Shown here piece after piece: positions 6,189 through 14,857 of a stretch of DNA of 36,928 nucleotides. The stretch covers positions 1 through 36,928 of the forward strand of contig JAIFWG010000003.1 of NCBI GenBank assembly GCA_019662005.1, given 5' to 3'. Made by a program: the position numbers and the translations under genes. This DNA comes from Candidatus Parcubacteria bacterium (GTDB lineage: Bacteria > Patescibacteriota > Minisyncoccia > 2-02-FULL-40-12 > GWA2-44-9). Below the pieces are notes generated by a model, which saw only the letters and a list, made by a program, of their open reading frames with translations, searched no databases and had not been told where the DNA came from. Numbering within the stretch: the first letter of the stretch is position 1; every line of letters begins with the position of its first letter.

Positions 6189-8194
6189 TGGACCCTAAAG
6201 ACCCAGAATCTCTCGAAAACGTTAAAGAAATCGAAATCACGCAGGACGTGATTGATTTCGTAACCGATCTTGATTCTGAAGTTGAGACCCACAAAGGGTA
6301 TCGTGGAGACTGGGAAGCTAGAATCGACAACTATACCCGAAAAAGGTACGGGATCAGGGCGAAAAAGAGTTTCCCGTGGGTAGGATGCGCGAATTTTGTA
6401 TTACCCCAGATTGATTCAGATATTAATCGTTTAAAACCCGCCTATATCAACCTCGCTTACGGGGTCTCTCCGATTGTGACCTTTGAACCGTTTGGCCCTG
6501 AAGACGTCTTGCCCGCCCGGAAAAGGGAACTGCTTTTTGATTGGCGCATGCGATCCAAAGTCAAATTCTTTAAGGAATATGCCCTTGGCGTGGATTACAT
6601 GCTGCACTGTGGATTTGTTGTTTTTTTTACGGGTTGGCGTTTTGAGACTCGAACCTACTGTAAATATTTAAATCTATCCGATCTTCCCCAAGATGTTTTA
6701 GATGCCCTGTATTTACCAGAAGCGACTGATGACGTTCTCTTTCATGTGATCGCAGAAGAGATGCTGCCAGATCTAAATTTACAGGAAAATGTAGATGAAA
6801 TTAAAAGGGTCGTGGCTGAATTTCGGGCCGGGAAAACAAAATTCGAGTTTGAATTCACTGAAATTTATGAGAACCGGGCGGATGTAAAAGCCTGCAATCC
6901 ACGCGAAGAGATTCTTTTTCCAGTGGATACGATCAATATCCAAGAAGCTCCATTTATTGACCGAAGATTTTATATGCGAAAGAACAAAATCAAATCTCTT
7001 ATGAAATCGAATAAATATATCACTTTCGATGACAACGAAATTAATTCTTGGGCCACGGACACCACAGAATCAAACGCTGATTACGTAAAAGCCGTCAGAG
7101 ACGGAAAATCTTTTCAGAATTATGACCGGGATGGGGAAGTGTGTTTAAGAGAACGCTGCACATGGTATGACGTAAACGGGGATGGGATTGAAGAACGCGT
7201 AATGGTGACTCATCCCGAAAGTAATCCGAGTAAGATTCTCAGATTCATTGAGAATCCTTATGATCATGGTCTATTTCCATTTACTGTTGTGAGGAGAGAA
7301 TTTAATGACGCGGAAATTCTTAGTTCCCGTGGTGTTCCCGCTTTGGATGATGATTTTCAAACTGGAATTTCAACTATCTTCAACCAAGATATCGATGCTG
7401 GCACTATTTCTACAACCCCTACGGTTGTGGCTCGAAAAAATTCTGTCAAAAATCTTAGAAATTTAAGATATGTGCCAGGTCAGGTTGTTGAAACTGAAAA
7501 TGGGGCAGCGGACTATACCGTGACGCAGAACCCGAATCTAGGGCAAGCGGGCAGGTTTGCATCCATGCAATATTTGAAGTCGTGGGCCAATGACCGAATC
7601 GGTAATACTACCGCAGCTATTTCTCAGGCGAATAATTCTCCCGGAAATGGGCCGCAAGGTTCTAAAACGGCACGGGAAGTTTCTGCAATCGAGTCCAATA
7701 GCGGAATGTTGCAATCGATGGATTTGCTTGTTTTTCAGAACCAGATGGTTGATCTTTATTTTCAAATTGATTCTCTTTATGAGCAGTTTGGAGATGATGA
7801 AGAAGAATTCATGATCACAAATCAACAATCCATCAAGGTAAGCCGCAGAGAAATTCAGGGAAGTTTTAATCTTATTCCCAATGGCCGTTTGGACAACGCA
7901 AACCCTGCGTTAAGAGCCCAAAAGATGCTTGCGATGCTTCAAATGTTTATTAACGACCCTTTCATTCGCCAGGATGCAATCAGGAAACTTTATCTTGATG
8001 ATTATGATGTCAGGATCTCACAGCAACTTTTAAAGAGTCCTCAAGAATTACAAGAAGATGCGATGCAGCAAATGCAGTCTCAAAATGATCAGTTACAGAC
8101 GGCTCTTCTCATGCAAAAGGGCAGAGATAATTTGGAAATCAGGAAAGAAGCGATTTTGGCTCCGATTACAGGCAGGAAATATGGGCCGGGCTAA
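6188..8194 (+). CDS. portal protein (putative)
   Basis: A 668-aa ORF immediately after terL and before scaffold and capsid. The call rests on synteny and size. Confidence 0.7.
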   Translation: MDPKDPESLENVKEIEITQDVIDFVTDLDSEVETHKGYRGDWEARIDNYTRKRYGIRAKKSFPWVGCANFVLPQIDSDINRLKPAYINLAYGVSPIVTFEPFGPEDVLPARKRELLFDWRMRSKVKFFKEYALGVDYMLHCGFVVFFTGWRFETRTYCKYLNLSDLPQDVLDALYLPEATDDVLFHVIAEEMLPDLNLQENVDEIKRVVAEFRAGKTKFEFEFTEIYENRADVKACNPREEILFPVDTINIQEAPFIDRRFYMRKNKIKSLMKSNKYITFDDNEINSWATDTTESNADYVKAVRDGKSFQNYDRDGEVCLRERCTWYDVNGDGIEERVMVTHPESNPSKILRFIENPYDHGLFPFTVVRREFNDAEILSSRGVPALDDDFQTGISTIFNQDIDAGTISTTPTVVARKNSVKNLRNLRYVPGQVVETENGAADYTVTQNPNLGQAGRFASMQYLKSWANDRIGNTTAAISQANNSPGNGPQGSKTAREVSAIESNSGMLQSMDLLVFQNQMVDLYFQIDSLYEQFGDDEEEFMITNQQSIKVSRREIQGSFNLIPNGRLDNANPALRAQKMLAMLQMFINDPFIRQDAIRKLYLDDYDVRISQQLLKSPQELQEDAMQQMQSQNDQLQTALLMQKGRDNLEIRKEAILAPITGRKYGPG

Positions 8195-8570
8195 AAAAGG
8201 GATCTCTGATGCTGTTAGAAGAAACAAAACAAGCACCGTTGACATGGCAATTGAAGAGAGACTTGCGAGTGCCGGACGGCGAGAACGTCACAGTATCATC
8301 TATCTCGGAGAGTTGGTGGAGCGACACCTGCGCGGGGAGATTGGCGCAATCCTCAAAGCTCTCACGGCAGGACGTATTTCAACTGAGCTTGGAAAATCAT
8401 CAGTATCTGGCGTCTCAGCAGAACGGGTATTAGGGCGTCTTGAGATGGCTGAAAGTTTATGGAATGACCTTGAACAGTTTGTGCATGACAAGGATAAATT
8501 GATTTCACAAGAAATAGAATCGATTCCGAAAGAAGATTTGTCGACAAAAACATTTAATTATCACCCTTAG
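8181..8570 (+). CDS. hypothetical protein (129 aa)
   Basis: Track ORF 8058..8570 trimmed to MGRAKKG, which overlaps the portal end by 14 nt. Confidence 0.5.
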   Translation: MGRAKKGISDAVRRNKTSTVDMAIEERLASAGRRERHSIIYLGELVERHLRGEIGAILKALTAGRISTELGKSSVSGVSAERVLGRLEMAESLWNDLEQFVHDKDKLISQEIESIPKEDLSTKTFNYHP

Positions 8571-8670
8571 GAATATATGAAAAAAAAGAAAAAATCCAAA
8601 AAAAAGTAATTTAATTTAAAACCCCGGCCTCATGAACCGGGGATAACCAACAAAGTAAGTCCTTAGCTAA

Positions 8671-8712
8671 GGCGAGAAGTGCGGAATAAAATCCGTGCTC
8701 TCGCCTTTTTTG
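8671..8712 (+). terminator. rho-independent terminator
   Basis: GGCGAGA...TCTCGCC stem with inner GCGGA/TCCGT pairing, followed by TTTTTTG. Confidence 0.65.
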
Positions 8713-8841
8713 TTGGCTGACCCGGCAGAAAACCGTGGAACCTTTTTCGGCACTGAAGAGCCGCAACTCTAAAAACTGTGCGAGCCTCAAACTCGTAAAA
8801 CTGTGAATTAGTGCCGGGGCAACTTGAGAGCCTTCAATCTC

Positions 8842-9879
8842 ATGAAATGTGAGGAAACTAACGTGACGGTAAAACAAACAATCTTAAATCCAGAGCAAAT
8901 AGCAGCTAATCGGGCACAAGATGCGACTTCCGAAAAGGAGTTCGCTTCTCGTTTAGCTCAGAGTATGGATTTGCCCTCAACTCTCACTGAAGAGATTGAT
9001 CAAGAAGAAAAGAACAGACAATCTCCTCCAAAAGTTGAGGAACCGGAAGAGCAGGTTGAGGAATCAGAAGAGCCTGAAACTGAAGATGTCGCCGAAGAAC
9101 CTGAATCAGAGACAGAGGAATCAGTTGAGGAAGAAGAAGATTTGATTCCGAGATCGAAGGTTCAGAAACGCTTTGATGAGCAGACGGCTCAAATCAAGGA
9201 TCTTGAGCGAAGACTTCAGAAAGAGACTCAAGCTCGGGAAGCGGCGACTCCAAAGACTGATCCTCAGCAGGATGCTCTTGAGAAAATGAGTGAATCGGAA
9301 CTAAAGACTTTAAAACGTCAAATTCGTGTGGAACAAATAAATCTTGGGGCAGACAAGGCGAATAGAGCTCAGCTTGATCAGCTTCTCGATTTAGAAGAAA
9401 AAATTGACCGCACGATTCAAACGGCTCCGGCTCGTTTTCAAAACACTCAAATCTCCCGGTTTAACCAAGCAGTTCAAGCAACAGCAGAGTCCTTTGAGAA
9501 TTTTGAATCTGTGAAAACGCAAATTTTTCAGCAAGCAAAGGCCATTTATGAATCAAGCCCCGAATTGCAGGGATCGGTTGCAGGCCAAGAGCGTGCATGG
9601 AAATTTGCAGTTGATCATTTCACGGCGGTTCAGAAAGCATCTGAGGGCAAATCCGATACGACTGAGTTAAAGAGACAGGTGAACACCTTGAAGAAGAAAA
9701 TCAGTGTGGATACGACTTCTAAGAAAGGCATTCAGCAGCCGGACAATGATGCCAAGCTTAAACGCCGGGCAATCAATGGGACGGAAGCTGACAAAACGAA
9801 TTTCTTGAAGACGCGCATCAATGTCAATGAACTTGTGCCTGATTCAGAGCTTCGCTCCCTGGAGAACATGAGGAGATAG
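8842..9879 (+). CDS. scaffolding protein (putative)
   Basis: Highly acidic E-rich N-region (EEPEEQVEESEEPETEDVAEEPESETEESVEEEED) followed by coiled-coil-like sequence, located between portal and capsid. The start is ambiguous among TTG 8824, ATG 8842 and GTG 8863 (the last has GAGGAA upstream). Confidence 0.65.
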   Translation: MKCEETNVTVKQTILNPEQIAANRAQDATSEKEFASRLAQSMDLPSTLTEEIDQEEKNRQSPPKVEEPEEQVEESEEPETEDVAEEPESETEESVEEEEDLIPRSKVQKRFDEQTAQIKDLERRLQKETQAREAATPKTDPQQDALEKMSESELKTLKRQIRVEQINLGADKANRAQLDQLLDLEEKIDRTIQTAPARFQNTQISRFNQAVQATAESFENFESVKTQIFQQAKAIYESSPELQGSVAGQERAWKFAVDHFTAVQKASEGKSDTTELKRQVNTLKKKISVDTTSKKGIQQPDNDAKLKRRAINGTEADKTNFLKTRINVNELVPDSELRSLENMRR

Positions 9880-9883
9880 TCCA

Positions 9884-10810
9884 GTGGCAACACAACCTAC
9901 AGTTAACACCTATTTACAGAAAGGTAATCGTGAAGATTTAGCGTCTGAAGTTGCAGCGCTTTATCCTGACGAAGTTCCTTTCTTTGCAATGGCAGGGAAA
10001 GTTAAAGCAACGGCCAGAACACATGAATGGATGACGGATGTTCTTGCGTCTACCAGTCGTACTGGCTCCATCGAAGGAGCATCGGTTACTTACGCCGCTC
10101 CTGGAATGCGTACTCGTGTTACGAACTATACGCACATTAAACACCGCAACTTTGACGTTACCTTCACTCAAATTGCCGTGGATAAAGCGGGTGTTCGTGA
10201 TGAAATTGCGAACCAGGTCATGAAAGCGATGAAAAGTTTGCTTCGTGATTATGATTCCATTTTCTTGTGGAGCACTGTAGCAACGGCTGGCGCTACGGGT
10301 TTGGCTCGGCGTTCTGCGGGTCTTTTCAAGGTCATTATCTCGAACACGGCCTTAGGAACGGGAACTGGCTCATCGGGACGTATCCAGATCACTGAAGCGA
10401 ATGTGAATATCGTGCTTCAGAAGATTTGGAATAATGGTGGAAATCCTCGCGCTTTGTTTTGCGGTGGATTCCATAAACGCGTTATTTCCCAGAAGTTCAG
10501 CGCGAAGACGGGTTTCACGTGGAACATTGAAGCCTCGACTCGCACTGCGATTCAGAACGTGAATAAGTACGAGGGTTCATTTGGGACGGTTGACGTTATT
10601 CCTGACCGGAACATGATGGCTTCTCGCGTTGCAATCGTGACTCCTGAAATGGCGAAGATTGCAATTCTTCGCGATGTTCAGCAGTACAAAGGGGCAGCAA
10701 CAGCCTCTTCTGTCAAGGGCTGGGTCGAAGCTGAAATGTGTCTTCAGTACGGAAATGAGAAGGCTCATGGTCAACTTCGTTGGCTGAGATCAACGGGAAC
10801 AATTTCGTAA
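9884..10810 (+). CDS. major capsid protein (HK97 fold, SU10/DUF5309-like signature)
   Basis: GTG start with an AGGAGA RBS. The N-terminal GNREDLASEVAALYPDEVPFFAMAGKVKATARTHEWMTDVLA matches the REDL...P.eTPf...HeW.tD.L signature I associate with this capsid family. Position after the scaffold supports the call. Confidence 0.8.
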   Translation: MATQPTVNTYLQKGNREDLASEVAALYPDEVPFFAMAGKVKATARTHEWMTDVLASTSRTGSIEGASVTYAAPGMRTRVTNYTHIKHRNFDVTFTQIAVDKAGVRDEIANQVMKAMKSLLRDYDSIFLWSTVATAGATGLARRSAGLFKVIISNTALGTGTGSSGRIQITEANVNIVLQKIWNNGGNPRALFCGGFHKRVISQKFSAKTGFTWNIEASTRTAIQNVNKYEGSFGTVDVIPDRNMMASRVAIVTPEMAKIAILRDVQQYKGAATASSVKGWVEAEMCLQYGNEKAHGQLRWLRSTGTIS

Positions 10811-10833
10811 GCAATTGTTTCTAACGGTTTTCG

Positions 10834-10859
10834 CAGGGGTTTTCCTTTAAAAACCCCTG
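10834..10859 (+). terminator. post-capsid stem-loop (weak terminator or attenuator)
   Basis: CAGGGGTTTT / AAAACCCCTG 10-bp stem directly after the capsid stop. No strong U-tract follows. Confidence 0.35.
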
Positions 10860-10865
10860 ACTCTT

Positions 10866-11324
10866 ATGGAAGAACAGACAAGTCCAATATTAGAACAGGG
10901 AAGACAGGAATCCATCCGGGAAATCGTTAAAGAAAATCCCGGAATTGAGCAGAATGCTTTTGATTTTATTAAAGCGGTAGGGAAACGATTTATCGAAAAA
11001 CAGGTGGCCCGTTTTCCTGAAATCTGTGAGATCGCAAGAGTTCAGAACATCCTTGAATGGAAAGATTACGAAAAATACGGGAAAAAAGGGAAGTTTACAG
11101 ATTCTTATGGGTGGTCAGAAGACGGAACTTTCAAGTTTGATTACCAAATCCCTCAAGAACTTTACATGTTCATGGTGAATCTTGTTGATCCCTACTTTTG
11201 GGATAATGAAAGAGTTTGGCGAAAATTCATGAAAAGAATCTGTGATGGGGAAGATGCCCTTGATTCATTGATGCAAGCCAAGATGTATTACGGGCCTGCG
11301 TTCCGCCCGATGGAGACAAATTAG
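10866..11324 (+). CDS. hypothetical protein
   Basis: Track ORF in the late operon. Confidence 0.6.
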   Translation: MEEQTSPILEQGRQESIREIVKENPGIEQNAFDFIKAVGKRFIEKQVARFPEICEIARVQNILEWKDYEKYGKKGKFTDSYGWSEDGTFKFDYQIPQELYMFMVNLVDPYFWDNERVWRKFMKRICDGEDALDSLMQAKMYYGPAFRPMETN

Positions 11325-11792
11325 ATGGGCCAGACAATTACAAGGTTGGCGGACAGAAAATTAGAGGGCAAAGCTGTTTTTAATAACCGTTTTGTTGTTG
11401 AGATTTGCGAAAAGGTCCATGTCCATTATAGGAATCTACGAATCATTCTTTCTCTTAAAGATTGGATTAGCGTCGCGCAAGGAATGGCGGACGCCTTGAA
11501 ACGTTGGGAAAAACTTGGAAGCCCCGATCCTGGAGATAGACACATTGAATTATGTCGCAAAGAGGTAGCCTGTGACCCTATTGGTTCTGACGATATTGCT
11601 ATTAATCTTAATCGCAATTTGTACCTTTTAAATGAAGGAAAGATTTTTGCTGAGGGCGCAGAACTTAGCGATCAAACTTACATTCACTTAAAAGTTAGAG
11701 ATCAGCGCCTAGAACTGTCCCTCAGCGAATTCAATCAACTCGCGGATGCAATTATTGAAGCGAAGGATAAATTGTGCGTACCGCAGTCCTAG
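11325..11792 (+). CDS. hypothetical protein
   Basis: Track ORF that starts right after the upstream stop. Confidence 0.6.
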   Translation: MGQTITRLADRKLEGKAVFNNRFVVEICEKVHVHYRNLRIILSLKDWISVAQGMADALKRWEKLGSPDPGDRHIELCRKEVACDPIGSDDIAINLNRNLYLLNEGKIFAEGAELSDQTYIHLKVRDQRLELSLSEFNQLADAIIEAKDKLCVPQS

Positions 11793-12379
11793 TTCCGATT
11801 TATAAAAGATTGGAATATGCGAGGCTTTGTATTGAGGCTATTAAAAAATCAAAAGATTATGAATCTGCTGAATTTTACTTTTTGGATGGTTCCTCAGGTC
11901 TTCGGAACACCATCATTGATTTCTTTGAAGAGGTTCGCGGCAAATATGAATATTTGGCAAAGATGGATTCCGATTGCCTCGTCCCTGATAACTGGTTGAA
12001 AGATTTGACGCATATTCTTGATACGACCGATTATGACATTATTTCTCCCAATGTCTTTCCATCTAATGCAGCCTTTCTTTATGGGCGAGAAGGCGCGATC
12101 GTTCGTCCCTCCGAATCAGTGGGGGGCCTTTGGTGCATGAGAGCGAGCCTCATAAAAGATATGAATTTTGAGCGTTATTCTCCAAATGGAATTTCCGGGG
12201 CTTTTAATCTTTTAACTCAGATCATTAAAGAGAATGAGGCGAAGTGTGGTTGGATTCCATCCGTCACCATCCAAGATATCGGACACTGGAGCGGCGCTCA
12301 TCCTCTTCATATTAAGAGCAAAGAACATGAAGAATACTCAGCGGAAGTTAGACGCGATGTCTCCTGGAGTGCGGCATGA
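11774..12379 (+). CDS. glycosyltransferase family 2-like (GT-A)
   Basis: TAVLVPIYKRLEYARLCIEAI is a GT2-type N-terminus, and AKMDSDCLV is DxD-like. GTG start. Confidence 0.6.
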   Translation: MRTAVLVPIYKRLEYARLCIEAIKKSKDYESAEFYFLDGSSGLRNTIIDFFEEVRGKYEYLAKMDSDCLVPDNWLKDLTHILDTTDYDIISPNVFPSNAAFLYGREGAIVRPSESVGGLWCMRASLIKDMNFERYSPNGISGAFNLLTQIIKENEAKCGWIPSVTIQDIGHWSGAHPLHIKSKEHEEYSAEVRRDVSWSAA

Positions 12380-12918
12380 TTGTACGCGTCGATGATGTGT
12401 CTCCAAATACAAACATGGCAGACCTCAATAAATCAGCCGAATTTATGCACGAAGTTTTGGGTGCAGAGATTTGGTATTGCGTCAATCTTTTTTCAAAACT
12501 TTCTATTTATGGAAGCGTTTATCCCGATCTTCCGATGCGAAACCGCGATCTTAAATATTTTATGGATGTAGACAGAATCATGCGCGATTTTGCATTTCCA
12601 GAATATGTGAAGAAGGTATCTCACGGCTTAATTCATTCTGATCATGGAAAAATGTCTGATGGGGCGCAGGAACTCTCTATTGTTACGTCCTGTAGATTTC
12701 TCGGTGCAGATACTTTTGTTACGCCTTTCACGTCATGGAATGAGGCGACAGAACGAATTTGTGAAAAAAACCGGATTACGCTTATTAACGGACAAGGTTG
12801 GAAATCTCTCGAATCTGAGCCATTCTCTATTGACCATGACAAGTGGTTTTTTCATCCGTGGCGAATGAACTCCTCGCAAATAAGGGTCGCGATCAATGCC
12901 TGCAAAATCAATGCATAG
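12376..12918 (+). CDS. putative polysaccharide deacetylase-like protein (NodB/DUF2334-like)
   Basis: The RVDDVSP N-terminal motif and SHGLIHSDH (HxxxH-type) resemble deacetylase metal-binding motifs. ATGA-coupled to the upstream GT. Confidence 0.35.
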   Translation: MIVRVDDVSPNTNMADLNKSAEFMHEVLGAEIWYCVNLFSKLSIYGSVYPDLPMRNRDLKYFMDVDRIMRDFAFPEYVKKVSHGLIHSDHGKMSDGAQELSIVTSCRFLGADTFVTPFTSWNEATERICEKNRITLINGQGWKSLESEPFSIDHDKWFFHPWRMNSSQIRVAINACKINA

Positions 12919-13441
12919 TTACGCTGAAACGCTCTATGCGATTCTGGATGAATTTAAACCAAGGGTTTGTTTTGAGTGGGGGCCTGGAACATCCACTCAG
13001 ATCATGGCTTTACATCCAAGTGTCCAGCGTCTCGATTCTGTCGAGAATGAGCAGATTTTCTATGATTTGATTGAACGGCTTCATTATGACAATGTGAATT
13101 TTCATTATTTTCGTGAAATGGATGAATACGTCGAGGCCCTTAAAGGCAATTATGATTTTGTGTTTATTGATGGGCGTGATCGTTCAAGATGTCTAGATGT
13201 TGCAAAAAAACATTCTCCTATCGTTATGTTGCATGACGCGGCTCGTTCAGACTATAGGCAAGCTATTCATGAATATCAATTCAAAGTTTGGACAGATTTC
13301 GGACAAACGGTGTCTCTTACAAATAATATTCAGGTTTATTCGAGGCTCAAATCTGCTCTCAATACTCTTGAATGTGATGAGCCGAAAGAAGAGAAAATTC
13401 GCATCATTCCACAAGCTGAATTTAAAGGGATGGCGGTATGA
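12896..13441 (+). CDS. class I SAM-dependent methyltransferase-like
   Basis: CFEWGPGTSTQIM resembles motif I (E.G.G.S), and YDFVFIDGRDR resembles the post-motif of O-methyltransferase-type folds. The start could instead be ATG 12911. Confidence 0.5.
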   Translation: MPAKSMHSYAETLYAILDEFKPRVCFEWGPGTSTQIMALHPSVQRLDSVENEQIFYDLIERLHYDNVNFHYFREMDEYVEALKGNYDFVFIDGRDRSRCLDVAKKHSPIVMLHDAARSDYRQAIHEYQFKVWTDFGQTVSLTNNIQVYSRLKSALNTLECDEPKEEKIRIIPQAEFKGMAV

Positions 13442-13983
13442 AACTTGGCTGTCACCAACCGAATTTCGTTCCCTGGCTTTCTTATTTCCACAAGATTCAG
13501 AAAAGCGATGTTTTTGTTGTCATGATTCACTGCCAATTTGAAAAGAATAATTTTCAAAATCGTTTTAATCTTGACGAGAAGTGGATCACCAAACCCGTTA
13601 CGGGTGGAATGACAACCATTAAGGATAAATTCTATACAGATGGAAACAAGCTTATTGATGTGAATATGCCACTCATTATTGGTTTTTGTAAGATGTTAAG
13701 TATTAACACCTCCAAGATTCATTATGACTTTGAAACTAAAAATAAAGGGACTGAGAGGATTATTGAGATATGTAAAAGATTCCAGTGCGATGAATATCTT
13801 ACAAATCCTGACTCAATGAATAAATATCTGGATGAAAAACTGATGAATGACAATGCGATTGAAGTTGTGGGCTGTGAACTTCCAAAACAATATCGAGTTC
13901 CACTTTTTACTGCCCTTGAAACATGGGGAGTGCAGGGCTGCATTAATATCATCCAGAAGGATTGGTCAAAATGCAAAGCGTAA
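13438..13983 (+). CDS. WbqC-like family protein
   Basis: The N-terminus MKLGCHQPNFVPWLSYFHKIQKSDVFVVMIHCQFEKNNFQNRF follows the WbqC pattern (M.QP.f.PyiGYF..i...D.fv.lD.vqf.k....NR). ATGA-coupled. Confidence 0.65.
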   Translation: MKLGCHQPNFVPWLSYFHKIQKSDVFVVMIHCQFEKNNFQNRFNLDEKWITKPVTGGMTTIKDKFYTDGNKLIDVNMPLIIGFCKMLSINTSKIHYDFETKNKGTERIIEICKRFQCDEYLTNPDSMNKYLDEKLMNDNAIEVVGCELPKQYRVPLFTALETWGVQGCINIIQKDWSKCKA

Positions 13984-14426
13984 TGACTATCCCAATGCCT
14001 AATAGGGCTGATTGTGGGGAGAGATATCAATCAGTAATGGCTGATTATGGGGTATTTTTAAATCATAGTTTGATTGATATCGGATGTTCAAATGGATATT
14101 TCATGGCTCGCTTTGTAACTGACGGCGGCGGCAAAGCCGTTGGCGTGGAACCTGACGAAAAATTTAATCATGAGCTTATTGTTAGGAGCATTAAAGACGT
14201 CGAAGGAAATTTTGATATATGTTTTTATCTGGATTTGCATTATCACAATGGGATCAATTATTTCCCGTGGATCAAAGAGCGTGTTTCAACATTGTTTGTT
14301 GCTCCATCAGGCGTTGGAAACAATGACCGGCTAGAAGAAGATTTAACGAAAGAATTTGGAAATCATGAATTTATCAGCAGATCAAATTACGCTAACAGAA
14401 ACATTTACAAAGTGAGGGTTAAATGA
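13983..14426 (+). CDS. SAM-dependent methyltransferase-like
   Basis: LIDIGCSNGYF fits the motif I glycine-rich loop. TAATG overlap with the WbqC-like stop (the track ORF begins at TTG 13962). Confidence 0.5.
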   Translation: MTIPMPNRADCGERYQSVMADYGVFLNHSLIDIGCSNGYFMARFVTDGGGKAVGVEPDEKFNHELIVRSIKDVEGNFDICFYLDLHYHNGINYFPWIKERVSTLFVAPSGVGNNDRLEEDLTKEFGNHEFISRSNYANRNIYKVRVK

Positions 14427-14857
14427 CACCGGGTGATGTTAGATCAATTTATGCTTCAGGAACGGCTTATACATTAACGAACACAGCAACGGCTTTGGAT
14501 TTCGGAACCACTGACCCATCGGTGGTTCTTAACGCTCCTGGAACTTGGCTCATGTTCGGACGCGTAACGGTTCAAAATACAGGGGCAACTTTTGCGGCAA
14601 ATAGAGCCTACACTTTTAAGTTGAGGCGCACGAATAACACAGCTGCTGATGTGACAGGCGCAACGACAACTCAAAGTACAGATATTGTCACGACTGAAAC
14701 AATTACTTACACAGTAACGATTCCTCCGGCTCTTTATACAACAACGGCTGACTCCAATAATGATGCGATTACGATATTTGGGTCAGTCGCAACGGTACCA
14801 TCTGCCGGGACTTTTGACGTAACTGAAGCCTCAATCATAGCGCTCAAAATTTGCTAA
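14423..14857 (+). CDS. Thr/Ala-rich beta-type small protein, function unknown
   Basis: Track ORF, ATGA-coupled. Composition is rich in T, A and N (e.g. TGATTTQSTDIVTTETITYTVTIPPALYTTTAD). Confidence 0.6.
   Translation: MTPGDVRSIYASGTAYTLTNTATALDFGTTDPSVVLNAPGTWLMFGRVTVQNTGATFAANRAYTFKLRRTNNTAADVTGATTTQSTDIVTTETITYTVTIPPALYTTTADSNNDAITIFGSVATVPSAGTFDVTEASIIALKIC

Noticed and set aside
6013-6198. Track ORF, 61 aa (R/I/L-rich)
   Set aside because: Its composition is junk-like. The alternative frame 6030..6188 has a GGGAGG RBS and a TAATG junction with the portal start.
8611-8877. Track ORF, 88 aa, minus strand, in the portal-scaffold gap
   Set aside because: It is antisense to the late operon and spans the terminator and hairpins. 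It has no RBS and its composition is odd.
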